Positions 21,069 through 34,700 of a stretch of DNA of 64,000 nucleotides are shown in pieces. The notes beneath the pieces were generated by a model. It saw nothing but the letters and a program-made list of their open reading frames with translations, was not told the origin of the DNA and searched no databases. Origin of the DNA: a virus. The number at the start of each line of letters is the position of its first letter. Positions within the stretch are counted from its first letter, which is position 1. The stretch lies in IMG/VR virus record IMGVR_UViG_3300028394_000038. The stretch is one strand, 5' to 3'. A program made the translations under genes and the position numbers.

Positions 21069-22097
21069 ATGATTAAGCGTATTGGATTTGCTTGTAAGTG
21101 GATTGATGGTCCTAGCCAAATTAATGGCATTAAACAAACGGATACAGCTAAACAATACAACACAGGTACCACAACAGTAGCATGGCTTAAACGCCAAACA
21201 CGTGACGTAGCAGAACAAAAACTATGGGACTTAATGGTAAGTAACATACAAGCTACACAAAAACTCGTAGATCGAGTAGGAGAGTTAAATGAAAATCTTA
21301 GGATGGTTCGTCTTAGTAGTGATATTCTTCCTGTATACACTCAACCCGACTTTAGCTACTTCTGGCGAAGAGCCGATGTTATTGACTATCTCGAGCGCAA
21401 TTTTATCCTTGTTGGCAATAGTGCTCGCGCAAGCAATACCCGTCTTTCTATGCATCCTGGTCAGTTTACTGTTCTTGCTAGCGTTGATCCGGGCATTGTT
21501 CAACGATCGATAGAGGAATTTGAATATCATGCTGATATGGCAAAATGGATGGGTTTTGGCCGCTCCTTTCAGGACTTTAAGATCAACGTCCACATATCGG
21601 GTAGAGCCGGTCCCGAAGGTATTAGAAATGCCTACAAAAGACTTACCCCCGAAGCCCGGAATTGTATTACAATTGAAAACGAAGAAAACTCATGGGGGTT
21701 AGATGATTGCACTAGTCTTGGAGACATATTGCCTATTGTGCTTGATATACATCATCACTGGATTCGCGAAGGCGAGTATTTACTCCCCACCGATGATCGT
21801 GTTAGCAAGGTGCTTGATAGTTGGCGTGGCCTCCGCCCTACTATGCATTATAGCCTTAGTCGTGAAGATGTTATTATGGGGCATTCAACTACCAGTAGGC
21901 CAGACATGGCAACACTACTACTAGAAGGCTACAAAAAGCAAAAACTCAGAGCGCACTCTAACTTTTACTGGAATATTCCGGCAAATGAATGGGCTTTGAG
22001 CTTCTGGGATCGCTTTGATATCATGTGTGAATCTAAAGCGAAAAACCTAGCAAGTGCTAGGCTATTCGAACAAGCTGAAGAACTAGGTCTTATTTAG
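21069..22097 (+). CDS. uvsE: UV DNA damage endonuclease (UvsE/UvdE family)
   Basis: RIGFACK, RLSSD, RLSMHPGQF, IENEE, LDIHHH, RAHS and MCESKAKNLA motifs. Confidence 0.93.
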   Translation: MIKRIGFACKWIDGPSQINGIKQTDTAKQYNTGTTTVAWLKRQTRDVAEQKLWDLMVSNIQATQKLVDRVGELNENLRMVRLSSDILPVYTQPDFSYFWRRADVIDYLERNFILVGNSARASNTRLSMHPGQFTVLASVDPGIVQRSIEEFEYHADMAKWMGFGRSFQDFKINVHISGRAGPEGIRNAYKRLTPEARNCITIENEENSWGLDDCTSLGDILPIVLDIHHHWIREGEYLLPTDDRVSKVLDSWRGLRPTMHYSLSREDVIMGHSTTSRPDMATLLLEGYKKQKLRAHSNFYWNIPANEWALSFWDRFDIMCESKAKNLASARLFEQAEELGLI

Positions 22098-22326
22098 GTG
22101 CTTTTGGAGCACGTGGCTTTTTAGCAGCCGGTGCTTTCTTAGCAGCCGGCTTTTTCTTGGCTGGTGCTTCAGCCACTACCGGGATTGCTTCTGCTATAGG
22201 AGCTACTTCCACTGCTGGTGCTACTTCAACTACTGGTGCTACTTCAACTTTATACTCAGCTACTGGAGCTGGTGTCTCTACAACTGCTGGTTTGCCTGTA
22301 AAGAACTCTTTGATTGCTTTGAACAT
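22090..22326 (-). CDS. small protein with V/E/A/P repeats and a basic PAAKK tail
   Basis: AGGAGG RBS and TATAAATA (22350-22357) on the minus strand. VEVAP repeats, histone-H1-like C-terminus. Confidence 0.75.
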   Translation of the reverse strand: MFKAIKEFFTGKPAVVETPAPVAEYKVEVAPVVEVAPAVEVAPIAEAIPVVAEAPAKKKPAAKKAPAAKKPRAPKAPK

Positions 22327-22352
22327 TTGAATGTCCTCCTTTGTTAGTTTAT

Positions 22353-22640
22353 TTATAATCTGCTAATATCATTTAGACTGCTAACGGGCGTATCCCATAT
22401 GTGTTTACGCTCTACACCGCGTTTTTGGGCAAACCGTTTACTGTCACAATTTTTACACACGTGAAAATAGTTATTACTTAATCTAGCGGGATCCATTGAC
22501 CCTTTTGGCCTAGTAAAAATCTCCTTGCAGTTATCACAGCGCAATACTACTATAGATCGTTTACGTTCGTATTCGTGTTTATGCCCTAGCTTACTAGTTC
22601 GTTCGTGTGTGGTTTTTTCTATATCTATTTTGATGAACAT
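22353..22640 (-). CDS. putative zinc-ribbon protein
   Basis: CDNC...CKNC, basic. TAAATA box 6 nt upstream of the ATG on the minus strand. Confidence 0.7.
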   Translation of the reverse strand: MFIKIDIEKTTHERTSKLGHKHEYERKRSIVVLRCDNCKEIFTRPKGSMDPARLSNNYFHVCKNCDSKRFAQKRGVERKHIWDTPVSSLNDISRL

Positions 22641-22646
22641 ATAGTG

Positions 22647-22682
22647 TATTTACATTAAGGTTATAAAACGGAAAGATAAATA
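22647..22682. promoter_or_regulatory. divergent late promoter pair
   Basis: TAAATA on the minus strand (22647-22652) and ATAAATA on the plus strand (22676-22682). Confidence 0.6.
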
Positions 22683-22710
22683 TCATATACAAGACTTATT
22701 GGAGCATTCA

Positions 22711-25700
22711 ATGGCACGTAAAATAGTAGACATCGGCGTAGAAGGTAATGACGGAACTGGTGATAGTATCCGCGAAGGTTTTAGAAAAACCAACGAAAAC
22801 TTTAAAGAAATATACGCTGTATTTGGGCAAGAAGGTACATTAGCATTTTTAAACTTAGGCGATGTAGAAGCCGGACAGCTTAAGAATTATTCTGCCATAG
22901 CTAATCAATTCCCTGTTGTTAACAATCAAGGGTCTGGAATTAAGTTCAAGCCCTTAGTAGGTGCTGCCGGTTTAACTATTACGTATCCAGATGATCCTGC
23001 CGATCCCAACTATAACAAAATTGTTCTAACACAGCAACGAGCTGTAGCAGAATTAGGCTCTGCCGATGCGGCTGGTAAATTTGGCAATTCTGTTGATGGA
23101 CAAGGATTTGTCTTTGGAAATATTGCAGATCCTACACAAGCTAATGTATTAAATTGGAATACTGCTTTTGATCGTCACGGTCAAACTGTTATTGGGGCTG
23201 AAAAGTTTCCGGTTCCGTTAGGATTTGCAGACAATAGGTACATTAATAAAGGTACAATACCGGGCGAAGTTGCTGATGCAATGGTAGGTTATCTTTCTGT
23301 TCCAGCAGGCGCAACGGGTGATCAAGTGCCGCAGGCCGCTGAAACTGTTCTAAAAGCCGGCGCTACAATGACCGGTAAACTATTCCTAAGTGATCATCCG
23401 GGTGATCTAGCAGGCGCAGGTAATCCAATTGGACTCGATGATAAGCAAGCGGCTACCAAATATTATGTAGATACAACTGCATATTCAAGTAAAGTTAATT
23501 TGTATGTTAGTACCAGCGGCGATGACTCACAACGCAAAACTCCAGTGGGGAAAGAAGGCCGAGCATTTGCTTATGCCTATGCTAGTCTAGTTGCGGCTTG
23601 TTTAAAAGCTGAACAGCTTATTGACGAAAGTCCATGGGAAACTGGCCCATATCGTCAGTTAATTGCTTACGGTGGAGCAAAATACTATTCAGAAATTACG
23701 CCAGGCGGTATTATTATTGGTGGCGGGTTAAACGGAACTACCCGTATTAAATTCACTAACGACAGCGGTAGCCCAGTTGATCAAGGTATTGCAAACAATA
23801 GAGATATTATTCCAGGCAAACTAGTAGTTGGTCGTAATAGCGGAGCAAGAGGTTTTATTGTAAAATATGGAACAATTGATAATACTGACTATGTTGACCT
23901 ACGAGATGTAACTGGATCATTCTCAGTTGGTGAAAACTTATTCTTTGACCAAGCTGTTAAGCGTTTAGAAATTTCTATCTTTATTGAGTCAGGTAATTAT
24001 TATGAAGATTATCCAATTCGTATTCCGCGTAACTGTTCTATTCTAGGTGATGAATTTAGACGTACAGTTATCCGCCCTGCGGATCGAATAAGTAAAAGCC
24101 CATGGGCTGGTACTTGGTTCTATCGTGATCTAGAATTTGATAACCTAGCTATTGCAGAAACAAATTGGGGATATCATTATCTATCAGACCCAACTAACAA
24201 GGCATCAACTCCAAAAAATAACAAAGACTTAGACGTATTCTTATGTAATGATGCTACTATTATTCGTCAGATCAGTTGTCAAGGTCACGGTGGATTCATG
24301 ATGGTGCTTGACCCTAACGGTCAAATTTTAACCAAGTCACCTTACTGTCAACAGTCAGGTTGCTTCTCCGGGTCATTAAACAAACAAGCATTCCGCGGTG
24401 GTCAATATGTTGACGGGCAAGCAGGAAGTATGCCTGTAACTTCAGTTAGTACTAATTCAGATAAAACTGAAATTACAGTTACTGATGCATTCCGTATACC
24501 GCAAACTCCTACTGCATTCTTTGTTAAAGGTAAACGCTATAAGATTGATACATTTACTGATAACGGTTTAGGATATCGAGGTGCTAGAGAATTACTAATA
24601 GCAAACAAAGAATTTATTGTTGCAGAAACTATTGCCTATATCAATGATGTCATTACTCCAACTTTTACATATGATGCTGTTAAATTTAGTCAAGCTGTAG
24701 GAAATATTATCAATGCAGTTGCATGGGACGTAGTATTTGATAGTAATATTCAATCTATTTTAATAGCCGAAGAATATTATGTAAGAACCAAATACACAAC
24801 GTTCCCTTCAGAAAAAACACAAACACTAGCCGCTCTTAATTATGTAAAAGATTCTCTAGTAGCACTACTATCAACTAATGCAACAGCGGCAGCCCGTGCT
24901 AGTGCAAAAATGGATATAATATTACAAATCCTTACTAGCGGTGTCAATGACCGTAATATTTTAGATGCAAGCTCATGGACTTATCTTGGCACCACTATTA
25001 CTGTAACAAAATCTGGTGGTCATGGATTGGGTGCAGGCTGGTCAGTTAAAATTGTAGATGCTACTGCAACAACCAATGCCCCTAACGGTATATTTAATGT
25101 TGCATCTATTGTTGATGCTAATACATTTACATATACTGTTACTAATGCTCCGACTGGTACTGCTGGTGGTAACATTAGATTTACCAGCTCACCAATTCCA
25201 ATTAGATCAATTCCTAACCCGCCTGTAGATCCACAGGCATTGCCTGCTACTACATTAGGCATTCAAAATAGTCTTGCATTATTAATTGCTAATAGAGAAT
25301 TAATTAAAGCTGAATACATTGCCTACATTCAAACTTATTATTCCGATTTCTTATTTGGAACTATCGGGGTTGCTGGTTATATTAGAGATGCTGACAGAAT
25401 CGTCAACGCAGTAATATATGATTCTATTTACGGTGGCACTAGTCAAAGTGTGTTAGTGTCTAACAACTTCTTTGATGCTGAAGGCAAATCAACAATATCC
25501 ACTGAAGTTACACAAATATATAATGCATTAGAATGGATTAGAGATGTTGCCAAACAAGTAGTCACTAATACAGAAATTACCGGTTTGTTACAAGTATCTA
25601 TTAGACAAGCTAGAGGAACTGCAGGTACTTTAGAAATTGCTACACTTGTAGAAGATAATTTTAATTCTGTTGTTACTGCTATTAGATTTGGTGCTGACAC

Positions 25701-28700
25701 ACTGCCTGCTGTGTCATATCCAAGTATTGAAAATGTTGTTACAAGTTTACAATCAGCAAAGAGTTTATTAGATATAAATTCAAATAATATTCGTTCAAAT
25801 ACTATTTCGTTTATTAATAACAAATATTTGTACGATGTGGCAGCGGCACAACGAGATATTAGATTCCTAGTAGATGATCTAGCGCACGATATTGTCTACA
25901 CTGGCGATTTAAAAATGGTAGAGCACGGTCTAGGATACTTTGTTGGAGATGCTAAACTTGTTAGTGACCCTGAACGCCCAAGAACACTGGCTATTCTTGA
26001 TTACATAAAACAATTAGCATTGGCTATTGTTGACAACGTTTCTATTCCAAACCCACAGTTGACCAAGGTCGGAAGTTTAATCATTGGACAAACTTACAAA
26101 ATTAATACTGCCGGATCAACTATTTGGACCGCATTGGGTTCTGCAGATAATTTACACAATACAGTCTTTACTGCAACTGCCACCGGTACAGTAAATGCCA
26201 CTCAGATTACTGTTGGTCGTACTTATACTATTGTATCAAGAGGAAGTCCAACTAATTTAACTAATTACATCAGTATTGGTTCTTCAAGTAATGCTGTAGG
26301 AACTTCATTTATTGCCAATGCTGTAGGAACTGGTACCGGCACTGTTGTACAAGGAACAGGAGATGCTAGACTTGCTAGTGGCAGTGATTTCTATAGAAGA
26401 CAATTTGGTATTAGTCAAACAATACAATTAATTTCAAGCGGTGCTGGTCCTTCTACTATTGTACCGAGTTTAACATGGGTTAATACTAACCTAGTAAATG
26501 CTTTCCAAAAATTGCAAGACACTAAAGAAGTTATTCAATCAGCAGTCATTACTTGGATCAATAACAATATAGCATCAAACGTTACTAATCCAAATAGCAT
26601 ATGGTACGGCTTCGCTTACAATAGCGGAACTTGCAGTCGAGATGTAGGATTAGTTGTTGATGCCGTCGGTTACGATATGATGTTTAACAGTAACTTCCGT
26701 AGTAGTAAAGCTGGTATGGCTTATTACAGGGGAGTTGCTAGTGCCGCTATAGTAAGAGACAATCAATTGTCTGCAACAATAGCGTCATTTGCTTATCTAA
26801 AAAATTATCTATTGTCAACTATTACATCTGCTGCCTATGGTAATACGGCTAATACTAGAGTTGGCGATAAGATGGATGTTGTTATATCAATTCTTACCGA
26901 CGGCCTTAGTGCAGTTCCTGCATTTGTATTACCGGATCCAACAGGTTTTGATATCGACTATAGTAATGCTAGAAGACTAATTAGCGATAATAAAGCGTTC
27001 ATTGTTGATGAAATTACATCATGGATTGCCGCACAAATAGTTGGAAACATTACGCCGTTCACTACACAGTTCCAATACAACTCAGCAAAGTGTGCTCAGG
27101 ACGTTGGATACATTATTGATGCTATTCGTTATGATTTAACATATGGCGGAAATTTAGAAACTCTTGTTGCGGCCAATGCATACTTTGTTGGTGCTGACAC
27201 AACATTAGGTACAGACCAAAAAGATAAAACTATTGCCGCATATGCTCGCTTAAAAGAAATTATTGGCAAGGTAGCACAAGCTGTCCAAGTATTAGATAAG
27301 AATACAGCTCTTATACAAACTACCGCAGTAAGCGGTGGTGGTGCAAGTACATCAGTAGCATTTGCTCAAGCTCGTGTTCAAGATATTATTAAACAAATTA
27401 ATATTACAGCCGTTGATAGTAAACCTCAATTAGAATATTTGATTGGCACTACTAGAACAATGGTTGCTAATACTAAACCAACGGGGTATGTATCTGCTAA
27501 AAACTTATTAGTAGCTAACCGTGCATTTATTCAAGCTGAAGTGTTTAACTACTTAAAGAATACTTACACCTTTACTATTACACAATCAACTAACAATCAA
27601 TTTGTAACAGCTAGTACTGCTAAAATGAGAGTTGGCATGCCGGTTAAGTTTCTTGGTACTGACCCGTTTCAACAAACAATTTTATCAGCATCAACTCCGC
27701 TACTAGTAGACGGCAAGTATGTAGTTACTTTTGAATTTGTAAGACAAAGAGTTAGACCAGATTCAACAAAAGAATACGAGGTTCAAGGCAATGCTAATGG
27801 CCTATACAATTTAATTGTACCAGTTGCTGTTGTACCTGATCAATCAACTACTGATACTACAACTACTAGTATTACAGTAGTATATCCGTTTAATCCAGGT
27901 GTGTTCGATTATGCTAATCAAACAACTATTCGTGTGTCAGGCGGAACATTTGGTGGCGTAAACCGCGATGCCAAATACTATGTTAAACAAGTTGTTAGCG
28001 GAACTAATTTTACAATATCAGAAACAATTAGTGGCGGAACTCCTGGATCACTATTTTCAGTAGATAGTGATACCGGAACAATGTATTGCTCGTTTGCATT
28101 TGATGAAGCTACCTGCAGAAGAGATACTGGATTCTTAGTTAGCAATATTTCTACTGATATATTATACGGTGGAAGATATAATACTATTAAGTCTGGTAAG
28201 AGATACTTAGTTGCAAGTTCTGTATTAGTTGTAACAGAACAAAGTGTTGAGTGTCGAGCCGGTATTAGTTACATTGACACGCTAGCACAACGTATTATTA
28301 ACAATCAAGCACCGTTGGTAAATTATCAAACTTTGAATAATGTTAACCCTAACGATTTTGTTGCTCAAGTTTTTGATACTAATGCTACTGGTGGTAGTGC
28401 CGCTGGCGCCACAATTAATGGGCTAGTCGGGTTAGTAAACGATATTATTTTAAACGGAAAATTATGGGCTGACAGTATTAGTAATATTCCAGATGCTGTA
28501 GTATATCCAAAATATGTTTTACAATTAAATCAAGATACTCCATATAATACATATTTGTCTGGACCATTGCCAGACGAACTAGTTCTACAAGCGGCAGGTA
28601 ATACAAGTATGTTGTCTAATGACTGGACACAGTTAAACGACTTAGCCTATGGTCTAGTTGCTACAAATAACGGATTGATTGAAACAGTATCAGTGTTTAC

Positions 28701-31700
28701 CTACTACTGTTGGACTGCTTACTATTCACGCAATGGTGGACAAATTCGTTCTGTTGCAGGTTCTAATGCACACGGTGAGTATGCTCTTGTTGCAGAAGGT
28801 AGTGACCCATTTGAAGTTCCTGATGCGGCCAACTTAGCCAATGACATGCCTCAGGTGGCTCGAATTTATAAATCCGGGCCTTTTGCCGCAGAGATGGGGA
28901 AAACAAAAACAACTGTTTACATCGATACCTATAGCTATTTGCCATATAACGTAAGTGAGATAGAAATCAATCACGGATATACCATAGTTGACGGTGCTAT
29001 CACTGATATTGGTATTACTAGATACGAAGTTGCAGGTATTACTGATGCTTCAGGAACATATTTCTCAACTGCTCAGCCATCAGCTGAGGCTGCGGCACTA
29101 TATGGAGGGAATGGCAAATATAGAGTTAAATTTACTTTTCCTCCAAAAACTTATATTCCAGATGTTGGAAGATATTATACCATTACTGGTAATGCAAACA
29201 CTGCCTACAACAATAATTTAACAGGTTGGTTATGCGTAGCATCTGATGTAAATTATGTCACTTTAGAATTTACCAGTGTCAATCCTGGAACATTTAGTAC
29301 TACTACAGCTACTACTCTTAAATTAAAGAGTGGAACTATCCTTAGATTAAATCTAAACACTAGTGGCACAAACAATACTAGTTCTACTGGTTTACAAAAT
29401 GAGTTGTTTGATAATCAGTTAGTGGTTATTAGACCAAATCAAAACTTTAAGTTCTACAATGTTGATAACATTAGCCCGACTCGACCAAGTACGGCATTAA
29501 CATTTAGAGGTGACCCACTGGATAATGCTGATGCTCCAGTATATCGTGTACTAGCGTTCAACACTAAAGATCCGTTGAGTAATCCAATGACGTTGACTTA
29601 CAATACTATTGAGAGGGCATACAGCTCTAGTAACGTAATCACTGTTGGATCAACCCTTTCACTACGTGCGGGTATGAAAGTCTCTATAGTTAGTGGAACC
29701 GGTAGTTTATCTGAATCAACTACAGTAGTTTCAATTACTAGTGATACTACATTTACGGTTTCCCCAGCCCCGGCTGTAGCATTATCAAATGCAATTATAC
29801 AAGCAGTATCTCCAACACAAAATGATATTATTTTAACATTTGACTCTAGTTATAGTTATATTGGTTTAGTTATTGATCCTGATCATAATACCTTAACAGA
29901 AGCGCAGGCGGGCATTGACGGCGGAAGTACTACTAGAACATTAGGTTCACAAATTGGAGACCAGTACTTATCTATTAGAAAAATTAATAGTGCCGGAGAA
30001 CTACAACGTATTCTAACTGGGCAAATGTGTTTTGCTTGGAACGGTCGTGTTCATAGAATTTCTAACTATCTTGTTAGAACTATTAGTAGCACTGAAGGTT
30101 ATGGTATTGTACAACTTAACGAAGTTACTGCTGATGCTACTAGGTCATATCAAGACATTAGCGGGTACGGTGGTACTGGTATTGCCGCACCAACAAGACC
30201 GGGAGAAGGATATAATATTTCTACTGCCGTATATGACTCTGATGCTCAATTAATCACATATTCAATTACTGGATTAGAGACTGCACCAAATGCGGCAAGA
30301 TTCACTGGTGTCATTTCTGCTACTACGTTAACTGTTAGTAATATCACATCCGGTACTATATTAGTAGGATCTACTATTACAGGTATCACTGGTACTAGTG
30401 TAACTGCTGGAACTAGAATAACAGAACAATTAACTTGTTCAGCGGCATCAATATATAGTTCAACTGCAACAGGAATTAGCGGAGCATATACAATAACGCT
30501 TAGTGTAGGATCAGCTAATATATTACAAGGACAATTTGTTTCTGGTAACGCGGCAACAATTGCTGGCTTACCAACTAATACATATGTAACTAATATTAGC
30601 GGTACTACTATTACATTGAGTAATGCGCTGACAAGCAACATTTCTGCTACTGTTTATTTTTTTACAGCAGGCCTAGCAGGTACATATAGTGTAAACAATT
30701 TATACCCTGCTCCAGTTTCAAGTCAGTTGATGGGAGTTCACTATACAGTGTATGGTAATAGTAATATCAGTTACAATATTGCCGGCCCAATACTGACTTC
30801 AACTTATCAGTCATTGACCATTGCGGCTGCAAAAGCAACTGTTGTTGGCTCTGTATCAGGACTATTCTTAACCGTTAATTATGTAAGCGGTAATACAATA
30901 CAACTTGGTCAAAATATTAGTGGAACTGGTTTAAGTGCAGGCACATATGTTGTAGCACAAAGTTCAGGTACACCTGGCGGTGTTGGAGTATATCAATTAA
31001 ACACTGTTGCTAGTATTCTAACTCCAACATTTACTGCGTCTATTAATAACGGTAGTGGTAGTGCAGGCACTATATTAAATGTTAGCACGGTAGATAGCGG
31101 TACAATTTTAGTCGGCGCTGATATTCAGAAAACTGGCGGGACTGGTGTAACTACTGGGACTACTATTACAGGACAGTTAACTGGTGTAACTGTAGCTACA
31201 ACTACTGCTACAGGTACTAGTGGTACTAATATTTTATCTGTAGCCTCAGTAGTAGGTATTGTTGTAGGACAACTAGTAACTGGTACTGGAGTTCCTAACG
31301 ATACATATGTCAAAGAAATTAACATAACCGGAATACAACTAGTAGGCAGTAACGGTGCAACTAGAGTATTAACACAGGCAGCAACCGGAGGTAGCTATGT
31401 ATTTGCCACTGCTGGTGGTCAAGGTACATACTCAGTAGATGTAAGTCAACTGGTTACTTCAGGAGAGATGAAGGCATTGTTTATAGCGATTCCTGGAATA
31501 TTTGGTCCAACTAGTGCTACACGTATTTTCCCAACTGAAAAATTATATAACCCTGCTCTAGTACAAGATAATACAATTACTCTACGTACTGGTTTAAGTG
31601 CCGGTGAACCTGCAGATATTATTATTAACATTAGTACTTGCCGAGTAACTGGTCACGACTTTAGTGATATTGGTACTGGTGGTTATAACCAAACTAACTA

Positions 31701-34700
31701 TCCAAATAAAGTTTACGGTGTTGGTAAAGCAAAGAATCAAAAGAAAGAAGTTGCTGAGCGTGGCACAGGTCGTGTGTTCTGGGTTGCGACTGACCAGGAC
31801 GGATTCTTCCGTGTAGGTCGATTCTTTACAGTTGACCAAGGTACTGGTACCGTTACATTTGCGGCTTCATTGGCTTTAAGTAACTTAGATGGACTAGGAT
31901 TTAAACGTGGTCGTGCTATTTCTGAGTTCTCAGACGATGACACATTCCAAGATTTATCAGATACTAAAGTTCCAACAGAACATGCGATTGACGGCTACAT
32001 TAATCGTCGATTGGGCATTGACCGTAACAACGTTATTATCAGCGAAGGAACATTGGGTGCAGGATTCTTAGACAGAAACGGTATTCTAGAAATGAATGCC
32101 AACCTAAGACTTGGCGGACATTACGTTGAGAACTTGGGAGAAATCACTTCTACTACTCCATTCAACTATGCTGTTACAAAACGATATGTTGATAACCAAC
32201 AGATGTCAGATGCGTTTGTTGATGTTGATGGAAAGTTTAACAACGATATATTAATTTATAACGGTGATAGATCACCTCCGCTTACACCAGCATGGGTCAA
32301 TGCCAAGAGCTCAAGCTATAACAGTCAAATTTATGTTGAGTTGATTGCGGATAAAGAAGTTGACATTCGTGTCAAGAGTGAAACTATTGTCAATAGTCAA
32401 ATTAAAGAAGATGCTAATATATCACAGAATAAACTTGATATTAATGTTGCCAATGAGCAAAGAGATCAAGGTGTATTATTATCTGGCGTACAATTATCTA
32501 GTGGATATGTAGTAGCAACATCAGATGCTCCTACAGGCAAGTCACCACATTGGTTAGTTAAACTATCTGTAAGTGGAACTCCTACTCTACTGTCAAGCAA
32601 TATTTGGTACACAGTATCTGGCAATAGTAATTTAAACTACAATGGAAAATTCTTTTGTGTAAGTTCTAGTTTACGAGTTGGCGGCGCAAATGCCTATATA
32701 ATATTAGAGTATCCTGAATATCCAGGAGTCTTTGGCGGAACTACCACTACAGTAACTCCGTGGGAAACAACAATTACTAGTCAGTTAAATCACGGGTTAG
32801 TTGCCGGGGATAATGTTTTAATTACTGGGTCAATGGTAGCTTCAGTTAGTGTGGTGGCAAGTGGCCAAATTAATAGTCGTCGATTAATTTTAACTTCGCA
32901 AAATAGCGGAGTTGGAACTGGACAACTAGTAACTGGAACTAATATTCCAGACAATACTTATGTAGCATCAGTTGATGGTTCATCTGTAACATTAACTGAA
33001 AAATTAATTGGTGTAGTAGATGCCGCAACAGTGACCTTTGCTAGTAACATTAATGGTAACTGGTTGGTTAAATCTGTCCCGGCTACTAATTCGTTTGTAA
33101 TATCTCTTGATACAAGACTATCGGGTGCATTTACATTAACTACTGCAAGAGCAACTAAGTTAGGACTATCGACATTTAATAAAAATCAGTTTGCTGTTAC
33201 TAATGGTTTTGTATCGTTAAAAACAAGTTTAACTGATGCAGTAACAGCCACAATTAATGCTAACAGTAATATTGTAACTATTTCAAATAGTGACATGGCT
33301 AAGATTGGTGTAGGGCATGTGATTACTATTAGATCCGGCGGCTCTAATGTAATTGTTCCAACAACTGCTCTAGCTAACCCAACAGGTATTGATAACGGTG
33401 TTCAACCACAACCAATGACTGTAACTGCCATTACTAGCGATACTACATTTACTGTGTCAGTAGCATTTGGCGGAACTGGATCTGCAGCCAGTGCAATTTT
33501 AAATATTATTTCAGGTGTGCCGCTATCAAGTGTACAACAAATAGAAACTGACAGGATCATTGGTAATCTAAGCGGAAGTAGAACTACTCCTAATACAGTA
33601 ACCACAGGACAAATTGTCAAAGCTGGTGATGGTATTAAGAACATACAGTTCAATGACGATCAATTAGCTGATGTAGCTGTACGTGGTATCATGAGTATTA
33701 TTACAAGAGATACTGAGTATCCACACAAGAATACATACGGTGTATGGAACGTAACTAAGACCGGTGCTGGTAATAGTGTTGTTCGTACAACTAACGAAGG
33801 TGCAATTGAAGCTACACAATACATTTTAGATAGTAAGAAAGCTATCGATACGTCAGGTGGTGCTAACATTGACTTCTTTACTCCTGGGCAAGCCAAGTTC
33901 TTAACAGCGTCCGGTAACAGTGGAGTTGCGGCACAACCAAATATTTCAGTTGGTACGTTTACAACTTCTATTAATACTACTGCAACTAGAAACGACAGCG
34001 GTCTTATTACTGTTAGAGATACTGCTAATATGTATATAGGACAAGAAATAGCAATAAGTGGAACACCATTTGGTGGACTTACTGTTGGAACATACTATAT
34101 TGTTTCTATAAACGGGCTTACAAATCAAATTACATTAAGCACTAGCGATACATTGTCTCCTGTATTTTCTGGAACAACAGGCGTTGCGCCAAGCGGTCAA
34201 GCTATGACTGTTGCTGGCACCACTATTAATCCAGGTGTACTAAATGGTCAAGTTTATGTGCCAAATTTAAAAGCATACGGTAATGTAATTTTTAATCCTA
34301 TTAATGCAAATATTAGTTTCCAACCACGATCAACTAACGGATCATCTGGTACTATTACCATGTATCCTGCTGTTAACGGTAGTATCAATAATATGTCTAT
34401 TGGTTCATCATCTGAATCAACTGGTAAATTTACTACAGTAGAAATTACCAGCACAACTGATGCTGTAAATTCTACAACTGGTCCGTTAAAGGTTGCAGGT
34501 GGTGCGTCTATTGCCAAGAAACTATTTGTTGGCGGAAACTTTGAAGTTACTGGTGATACACTATTAACTGGTAATTTAGTAGTTAAGGGTGTAACTACAA
34601 CTGTTAATTCAAATACAGTTAATATTGCTGACAAAAATATTATACTAGCCGGTGTAAGTACATCACCAAAAATTAGCGGCGATATTGATGCTAGTGGTAT

